64,000 bases of DNA from a virus: positions 33,847-97,846 of the IMG/VR virus record IMGVR_UViG_3300042509_001112; one strand, given 5' to 3'. The stretch's first letter is position 1. Every line of letters starts with the position of its first letter. The position numbers and the translations under genes were made by a program. This document shows positions 58,801 to 64,000 of this stretch, piece by piece. The notes under the pieces were generated by a model, which did no database searches, was not told where the DNA came from, and was given only the letters and a program-made list of their open reading frames with translations.

Positions 58801-60329
58801 ATAAATTATTTACAGGTAAGAATAGTCTTCCTAGAAAGATTCAAGATATTAAATATGATGAAAAATATATAAACAATCCTATTATTCAAAACTTAGTACC
58901 AATATTAAATAAGAAAATAGGTAATAATGTTGAAAGAGATATAGCAATTGATAACTTAAAAATGTTTTTAACTCAATTAACTGTAGGTGAATCAAACAGT
59001 TTAATTGAAGCTTATCAAGAATTAAAAAGTCTTAATCCAAGTTTATATAATGATTTAGTAATTTTTAATATATTTCAATCAGGTATTAGTAATGGTACTT
59101 ATCAATACTCTAAAGTGATATCTTATGAAGCACAAAAAAATATCCTAGAGGCGTTAGTTAATTTAGATCCTAAATCAATTACTGATGAGAAATTAGCAGA
59201 TTTTACTGTTAAGTTTATGCTAAGTAATTCATTTAATGAGAAAGTATATAAAAATAAAATTGGTGGTTATTTTAATAAACTTAGACAAGAAGAACTTGAA
59301 AATGAAGCTTTAGAAGTATTAGCTGGTATGGGTGGTGTTGAGAATGAATCGCTTTTTGATCCAGATGATTTTGCTTTTTCTCCATATAATGAAGATGCTT
59401 CATATAATCCTGATGAAGATCTATATAACCCAAATGAGGAAGAAATTAATCCGTTTAAAATATTTAGAACTTTTAGATATAGTAATGGTAAAATAAAGTT
59501 AGTAAATATTGTAACAGATGAAATTATAAATCCAATAGGTGGGTATGATGGTATGGATTATACTCAAGATATAAGTAAGTTTAAAGATTTAGTTTATAAA
59601 ATAAAAAATACAATTAAACAATCAGTTAATAAATCTACTAAACCTGCTCAATCTACTCAACCTACTACACCTACTCAACCATCTACTAGTGTTGAAATAA
59701 CTAAATCAAATTATACAAGACAAGAAGTTCAAAACAATCCTGATACTGCTTATGTATTTACAGAAAATACGCACAGTATTACAGCATTTCCAAATAGATC
59801 TGGTGGAGGTTCTGCAGTAATAAGACCTGAACCTAATGCTTTTGCTATTGTAACTAAAAAGAAATACGATTATAATACTAGAGAAAATGTAGATTATTCT
59901 GATACAGAAGCTGATTTTAAAGAATTTACAGAAGTTAATACTAGATTAATAAATGAACTTAAAAACTCTGGTAAATCTAAAATTAAATTTCCTCAAGGGT
60001 TTGCTACAGACAAAGCTAAAATGCCTACAAGATTTGCTGAATGGTTGCAAAAAGCTTTGTTAGATAATTTTGGATTAGTTACAGAACTAAATTCTACTAA
60101 AACAGGATTGATTAGTAAATCTACTCAACCATCTACTAGTGTTTCTACAGAAGCTGATACATTTTATAATCTTAAAGAGTTTTCAGATGAAGAGAAATTT
60201 ACTATATTGGATAATATAATACTTAAAGGAACAGCAACTACTGAAGATAATGCTATTGATCAATTAAATGATATGTTAATATCTGATAGAGAATTTGCTA
60301 TTGAATTTATGAAATCTTGTTTAACTTAA
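52833..60329 (+). CDS. Virion-packaged RNA polymerase (crAss-like double-psi beta-barrel type)
   Basis: 2498 aa; catalytic GSDYDIDK preceded by LRIPHQ; ESDG and SAAKFG motifs. Confidence 0.9.
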   Translation: MTCPNINTDEWKALEAKYDEDKAYLLYYRNNGVIPSLKEADKIIKQTPDILNKFIFEGVELNAAQRNELFSSLKYYFIANLVNDLDNSQDYANLLDDSIDAAEIFQQVYETSLDDVINSLPEQHDEISIALAQDYANNNLAKDLGVDPSEGSHRNAVYEQFKTYMSTVLNFKENQEDDDKDTQNNNNKEQIKDSWIKESIEQNRKDSFSRGIKLLLSGVPRLLDAEDLKDFSSYDINESKDALGLIRSIDQSEINNTLTNLFANVTPTIENFIDVIENNKDQFPELQWIYNKVFNAVDIISDDEGNSIAELKDNSITSLPKINLMIKFLQSFSNNKYNLITYVVQPAENGYIIKPQDADSNSIQRKMVEEWRSNLLNTIIDKNFITKLKELIEDKQNDNRAEEILNLLEFPMANYDLLDPNSSVFNNTILIKGSDNKFIDVASDFIDELEANLKREDFSFEEFFNPKVNKDLYVLSFGLIEHNSPFRQDYDGQLFNSDGNLVSKNNLNSYQTLLLNRVKNTINKVRKNNSNKKGNNKLNDNKLKELILKQLEIETPEILNLWSSDSIILERLIDGENIEFSLLDGMKSTTKNENSTTGAMVETDLWSTFINSNLHNILTPVKHSDRSSFLGIKMPYGSTDILGNGGEFYSTSNWEDIFKTYIYQYLKTELKRIKSVRTTKTGIPLMDKQGVNFVLFDGLFDKSENSKKILDKLLKENLNTYNLSSDINVQKLVDKWVNNYLTTSVEKARMAQINSTGKGESIDTVIAQEYFKRIPAIKNNYDKLIEIAAAKHFISAVEQSKLFFGDPALYGIKEKDGILIYDMIKRLNMQSSTKQVSVVDNTTNSFLNSILKSDDFKITLNGKTFEYKKDFNGDINELVINDPETISSIGNELKILFGEDSPEYKAYAKGFEESDGYSIGNIFFAIETLFRTEGINPGRLELAKKEIKAISATQEEFYNLYTVPEGMETKDYINNNLRPFTQQKFQYVGPNYQKSRQDYIAEGTDSNWQDRIGVVAGRKTSYGFLMPSMIKGTILEQLNNFMLENGIDVIHFSSAAKFGAANSRDFYNTIKTEDGEYTVGFNTLAIEDNERGVLDFRYMGKQQEIAYETKNKIVDSTQARKNENAGIMLAGELPIDFNGTLEEWNSLSYEEKRQQSDLFDLLEEKDQAVSDYVNKLTNTLFNEYKIDNANNITDPIAFVNLIKNAAVERGTADNIIDAIVNWLDSDENLKPIESLPDFKKVQYILTSIITNNILILKRNGTMLPQAPSTGWESVSRQVLDGKFTAGSYLKYYQPILDENGDVLELIPAECAMPLNPDDIDKLFKQYPQANRNINKLLDILNAELDEKFKSGNLSDVPMIKALRIPHQQLSSTDVLRVRRWLNPIYNQTILVPNEFIVKNGSDYDIDKLTIYMPNLNDSNEPYQYEYNKENLFNDWFYNTIGEEVLNNDQDYSALVEDLVDIKEQELADKLNVKEEFKQFYNFVENITGSKTNNIKDAFDALNKARKEKRDKAIEISNYLKKVYRQTRSEAKEAKTYIENFEELAETRKQLSEDVKHIQIVIDNILLYNKQSKQRKTDIDTQKKNVKELLYINREAIKDSYRDQFNDLSIIDLNTKQAHENRLLDIELKLLLHPARAKRFLTPVIEGSFKQIAKDKQKQKVQEEKNKVNKTVNKPGVNMFQLDALVDGVLNFTGGKKGVGIIATWITFQNLVERYNIRLKSSAKLNIPGINNTQIGNYIQLANTTTTDLQEQVENIYSALMTSQVDIVKDDYAAFVNICLNTLNTVCYLVSRGTPTQNIISIIDSEAVVEYLKIKNARRALSTNAYSGLSSNKNIIEYLGTKYSKNEISNLLTYIAASDQAKAITKVKDLISADTRYLKSPSEVDDVTINLYAEVMSDEGIIPQEDVEKLLNETLLAPFVNSRQSISDVFGKLYITRQNDKVKEKLNQIKLNLFSHIFTNEEKKKAIQKFDESLITYLIQNESGKFKDRFNKLFTGKNSLPRKIQDIKYDEKYINNPIIQNLVPILNKKIGNNVERDIAIDNLKMFLTQLTVGESNSLIEAYQELKSLNPSLYNDLVIFNIFQSGISNGTYQYSKVISYEAQKNILEALVNLDPKSITDEKLADFTVKFMLSNSFNEKVYKNKIGGYFNKLRQEELENEALEVLAGMGGVENESLFDPDDFAFSPYNEDASYNPDEDLYNPNEEEINPFKIFRTFRYSNGKIKLVNIVTDEIINPIGGYDGMDYTQDISKFKDLVYKIKNTIKQSVNKSTKPAQSTQPTTPTQPSTSVEITKSNYTRQEVQNNPDTAYVFTENTHSITAFPNRSGGGSAVIRPEPNAFAIVTKKKYDYNTRENVDYSDTEADFKEFTEVNTRLINELKNSGKSKIKFPQGFATDKAKMPTRFAEWLQKALLDNFGLVTELNSTKTGLISKSTQPSTSVSTEADTFYNLKEFSDEEKFTILDNIILKGTATTEDNAIDQLNDMLISDREFAIEFMKSCLT
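59671..60143 (+). repeat. 23-bp perfect direct repeats flanking an inserted domain
   Basis: CTACTCAACCATCTACTAGTGTT at 59671-59693 and 60121-60143 (encodes TQPSTSV). Confidence 0.85.
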
Positions 60330-60341
60330 AAATATAAATAA

Positions 60342-60752
60342 ATGTTACCTAAATTAAAAGGAACTCAAATGGAACCTGCTGGTTCAACTAAAACAGCTGT
60401 ACAAGCTATATCACAATGTTTGTTTGAAATTGAGATTCAAGCACATATAATTCATTTACAAGCAAGAGATAAGTCATTTGCTATGCATGAAGCACTTGGT
60501 GCATTCTACTCATCACTAGCTGATCTTAATGATGATTTAGTAGAAAAGAGTTTTGTTAAGACTGGTCTTATGATGAACTACACTAATATGAATATTACTA
60601 ATAATGTAGAACCTATTTCTTATATTAAGAAAGAAATGGCTAAGATTGAATCTATGAGAACTAAAATCTCTGAAGGTTATATTCAACAAATAGTTGATAA
60701 TATATTAGAGCAATTTGCTCATGTTACGTATAAACTTGAAAACTTACACTAA
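60342..60752 (+). CDS. Ferritin/Dps-like four-helix protein
   Basis: AHIIHLQ...FAMHEALGAFY...DDLVE. Confidence 0.7.
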   Translation: MLPKLKGTQMEPAGSTKTAVQAISQCLFEIEIQAHIIHLQARDKSFAMHEALGAFYSSLADLNDDLVEKSFVKTGLMMNYTNMNITNNVEPISYIKKEMAKIESMRTKISEGYIQQIVDNILEQFAHVTYKLENLH

Positions 60753-62551
60753 TGGCTGTATTTTGTATAACAAGTAGTAACCCTGAGTTTCAAAAGTTAC
60801 TAGCTGAAAGTGGACAAAAACCACTAGTATTTGAAATGATGGTGTCTAAGTGGATGACTAATAATGAAGTATATGATAGATACCCAACTTTAGAAGAGTT
60901 GGGTATTTCTCAATCTATGCCTCAAATTAAACCAGGAGTAGAAGAACTATTTGATGAGAATCCTGAATTAGCTAATCAAGTATATGAAGCTTTAGGGTTT
61001 GAAATACCTACTACAAAGTTACAAGGTAAACAATTTGAATACGGTGAACCAAGATTTTTTGATGTGGTTGAAGAACTTGCTTCTGGAGAAAGAGCAAATT
61101 TACCAAGTTCTATTTTAATAAATAAATTATTAAAAGGGAAATATTTACCTGAAATAAAAGAATCTCAAATTATTTTAGGTCTTTCAGAAGCAGGAATTTG
61201 GCGACCTAATATTAAAAAAATAGAAGCATTTGGAGAAAATAAATCTACACTTGCTAAAAAAATAGGACATGAGTTACTTCATTCTGTAACTAATAATATA
61301 ATATTAAGTTATCAGAATTTAAAAGGAGTAGTAGATTTTACTGATAAATATTACAAAGATTTTATTAAACAAGGTTATATAAAACCTGTTGATTTGAGTA
61401 AATCTCAAATAGAAGCTTTAGATAATTTAGTTAGAATAAGAAATAAAGTAGTATCTTATGTAGAACAAAATAAAGATAAAATACAAAAACAAGATAGGGG
61501 ATTTGGTACGTATGATTATTTTATAAGAACAAATTATACCGAGTCTGAAACAGATTTACATGAGTTTATTTCTGAAGTATTTACAAACCCTGAGTTAATA
61601 AATATACTTAAAGAAATACCTACAGAAGGTAAAAAATCTAACTTATTTAAAGATTTTGTAGATGCTGTTGCTAAAATACTGGGGTTTACAAACACTTCTA
61701 TTTTAGAAGATGTAATAGCATATTCTGAAGAAGCTTTTTTTAAACAACCTCAAATAACTCCACAACAAAAGCAACAAGCTCAACAACTATACTCTCAATA
61801 TCTTGATACTATATTTCCTAATAGTAAAGTAAAAGATATTGTTTATCATATCGGAGGTATAAATAAAAACGATAAATTTGATAGATTAAAAATAGGACCT
61901 TATTCTAAATTAGATATGTTTTATTTTTCATCTTCTGATAGCATTTTTCATATTAAAAATGAACTAGATTATTTAAAATATTGGGTTTTGTATGGTACAA
62001 CTTCTAAATCAACAAAAGATTTAGTACTAAAAGCTAAAACAAAAGAGGAAGTTATTAAAATAGCAAGAGAAAATATAAAATCTTCTAATTTAGAATCTAA
62101 CATAAAACAAGGGTTAAATCAAGGTACAACTCCTTGGCTTTCGTATGAAAATATGAAAGATACTATATATGGATGGGGAGATTTTTCTACAAAAAGTAAA
62201 GACATAGTAAGAGCTTTAATAAATGTTAAAAATCCTATAACAGAAAGCACCAAAAATGCTTATATTGAAAATCCAAAAAAAGGCTTAGAAAATATTGGTA
62301 AATATCCTTCTAGTACTTATGTAACTATTGGAGAATACGATTCTTATCTTATTTCTAAACAAGATATAGGAGTTAAGAACCCAGAACAAATTCACATATT
62401 AGGTTCTAAACAAGATATAGAAGGATTTAAAGAGTTTGTAGGCAATGTTGAAGATGTAGCTACTGATATTGGGTTAGATATGTCTAGTGATGAAGCTAAA
62501 GCTTTTAACAGTTTAGTAAATGATGGTACAATATCAATTAAATGTGAATAA
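60752..62551 (+). CDS. Polyvalent protein: zincin metallopeptidase plus ADP-ribosyltransferase-like domain
   Basis: HELLH...HEFISE; KDIVYH...FYFSS...ALINVKNP...PEQIHIL. Confidence 0.7.
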   Translation: MAVFCITSSNPEFQKLLAESGQKPLVFEMMVSKWMTNNEVYDRYPTLEELGISQSMPQIKPGVEELFDENPELANQVYEALGFEIPTTKLQGKQFEYGEPRFFDVVEELASGERANLPSSILINKLLKGKYLPEIKESQIILGLSEAGIWRPNIKKIEAFGENKSTLAKKIGHELLHSVTNNIILSYQNLKGVVDFTDKYYKDFIKQGYIKPVDLSKSQIEALDNLVRIRNKVVSYVEQNKDKIQKQDRGFGTYDYFIRTNYTESETDLHEFISEVFTNPELINILKEIPTEGKKSNLFKDFVDAVAKILGFTNTSILEDVIAYSEEAFFKQPQITPQQKQQAQQLYSQYLDTIFPNSKVKDIVYHIGGINKNDKFDRLKIGPYSKLDMFYFSSSDSIFHIKNELDYLKYWVLYGTTSKSTKDLVLKAKTKEEVIKIARENIKSSNLESNIKQGLNQGTTPWLSYENMKDTIYGWGDFSTKSKDIVRALINVKNPITESTKNAYIENPKKGLENIGKYPSSTYVTIGEYDSYLISKQDIGVKNPEQIHILGSKQDIEGFKEFVGNVEDVATDIGLDMSSDEAKAFNSLVNDGTISIKCE

Positions 62552-62781
62552 TGTTATTACAATTAAACCCAACAATACCTGTATATATTCCTGAGTTTGA
62601 TGCTGAAGGATATGCATTTTTAGTTAATGAAACACATGAAGAAGATTATCTTTATTTTACTGTTGCTTTAGATAATGGTGAGATATGGATACTTGATAAT
62701 AGAAGAGTTAGATTTTGTGTTAATAGAACTAAATCTAGAAATAAAATAAATAAATTAAATAAATCAGAATACATAAAATGA
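62551..62781 (+). CDS. Hypothetical protein
   Basis: 76-aa coupled ORF. Confidence 0.7.
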   Translation: MLLQLNPTIPVYIPEFDAEGYAFLVNETHEEDYLYFTVALDNGEIWILDNRRVRFCVNRTKSRNKINKLNKSEYIK

Positions 62782-64000
62782 GTTGTTCAATAGATCCAAA
62801 TAAAACAACAATTGCTGAAGTTAGAGATGCTGTTAATAATAAGATAACAAATAATTGGTTATCATCTGATCCTAATGAAAAAACACAAGATGTTTTTAAT
62901 AGACTTAAAGTAATACAAGATAAGCTAACTACTGAATTAGTAGATAATACACAATTAACTAAAGGATATCATTTAGATCCTAGTGGTAAGACTATGCGTT
63001 ATGTATGGTTAGATACTAAAGAACTAGCATTTAAAGGTAGAACTACAGATATTACTAAAATTAAATATACTAGAAGAAGAGGTGTTAATACTGCTGATGA
63101 AGAAACTAAACTTCCTGATAATGAAATTAAAGCTAATGTTGGTACTAAAGTACATAAAGCAATAGAAGATTTATTTAGATTTTTTATTGCTAATGATTCT
63201 TCAGGTTATTTAGAACCTATATATGATAAAACTAAAGTTAAATCTCAACAAACTATTTTAAAAGAATTAGAATTACCTTCTAATACTGATTGGAAATCAT
63301 TAGTTACTGAAGTTGAAAATAATATTAAATTTATTATTGAAACTCAGAAAAAAATAGACCCTAAAGGTAAAGCTTTATTACAAGTTGAAGCTACCTTATT
63401 TAATAAACTTAAAAATATAGGTGGTACTGCTGACGTTCATGTTGTTTTTTCAGATAAAACTGGTGGTCTTATAGATTGGAAAACTATTACTCCTAAACTA
63501 TCTACTCTTAAAGCAGGAAAAATTGTAGATCCTAATTGGATTCCTGATTATAAGATGGAAGATTTTAATGCTCAGATACCATTACTTATGGAAATGGGTA
63601 AGACTTTAGGTGTTACTAGTTATAGATTTGCTAGAGTTGCTCCTATTCAAATGAATATTCAAGCTAAAGCTAAAACAGATCCGACTAATAAAATTGGTCA
63701 AACACTTACTAATAAAATAAGAAGTGTTAAAATTGGTACTGCAGCTAATGAATATTTACAACAAATTCCTATTATATTAGAAGATACTGGTAGTAAAGCA
63801 TTAAATGAAAGTTTAGAAGATGCTTTAATTCTTAGAAATAATTTAACTAAACGTGCTCAAGGACTTGTACAAAGTTCTCCTGAGTATAAAAAACTTATGA
63901 TTAGAATTAGAAACTTAAATACTAGTATTAGTCAGTTAATGTTATCTAAAGATTTTGAGTATGTAAAAAAAGAATATCAAACTATTGTTAATAATTATTT
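62778..64000 (+). CDS. Large virion protein with a PD-(D/E)xK nuclease domain, partial (runs off the window end)
   Basis: Manual translation MSCSIDPN...GTKVHKAIE...GGTADVHVVFSDKTGGLIDWKT; no stop seen to the window end. Confidence 0.75.
   Translation, partial: MSCSIDPNKTTIAEVRDAVNNKITNNWLSSDPNEKTQDVFNRLKVIQDKLTTELVDNTQLTKGYHLDPSGKTMRYVWLDTKELAFKGRTTDITKIKYTRRRGVNTADEETKLPDNEIKANVGTKVHKAIEDLFRFFIANDSSGYLEPIYDKTKVKSQQTILKELELPSNTDWKSLVTEVENNIKFIIETQKKIDPKGKALLQVEATLFNKLKNIGGTADVHVVFSDKTGGLIDWKTITPKLSTLKAGKIVDPNWIPDYKMEDFNAQIPLLMEMGKTLGVTSYRFARVAPIQMNIQAKAKTDPTNKIGQTLTNKIRSVKIGTAANEYLQQIPIILEDTGSKALNESLEDALILRNNLTKRAQGLVQSSPEYKKLMIRIRNLNTSISQLMLSKDFEYVKKEYQTIVNNY

Overview
AT-rich (roughly 28-30% GC by eye) segment of a crAss-like phage genome (Crassvirales-type podovirus, probably with an environmental Bacteroidota host), read in the standard genetic code. 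It has two divergent arms that meet at about 6.85-7.05 kb. The left arm (minus strand, 1-6.8 kb) holds small early or accessory genes, including a spore-photoproduct-lyase-like radical SAM enzyme and a membrane-anchored glucosaminidase. These genes are interleaved with dense structured non-coding sequence, including three tRNA-like repeats with constant ends and variable interiors. The right arm (plus strand) starts with a ~300-nt pseudoknotted ncRNA candidate. It continues with the late module: HU-like, GroES-like, TerL, portal, a GG-motif modular cargo protein, zincin, scaffold-like protein, MCP, head/tail/fibre genes, lysis cassette (holins, M15 endolysin, u-spanin), tail tube and muzzle. 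It ends with the giant ejected proteins, including the virion RNA polymerase, a Dps-like gene, a zincin+ART polyvalent protein and a truncated PD-(D/E)xK nuclease protein. The strongest novel signals are the tRNA-scaffold repeat array, a -1 frameshift signal that fuses a lysozyme-like domain onto an ejection protein, several ncRNA candidates, and linker-bounded modular domains in the cargo proteins. All folds and family calls were made by eye, with no searches run.
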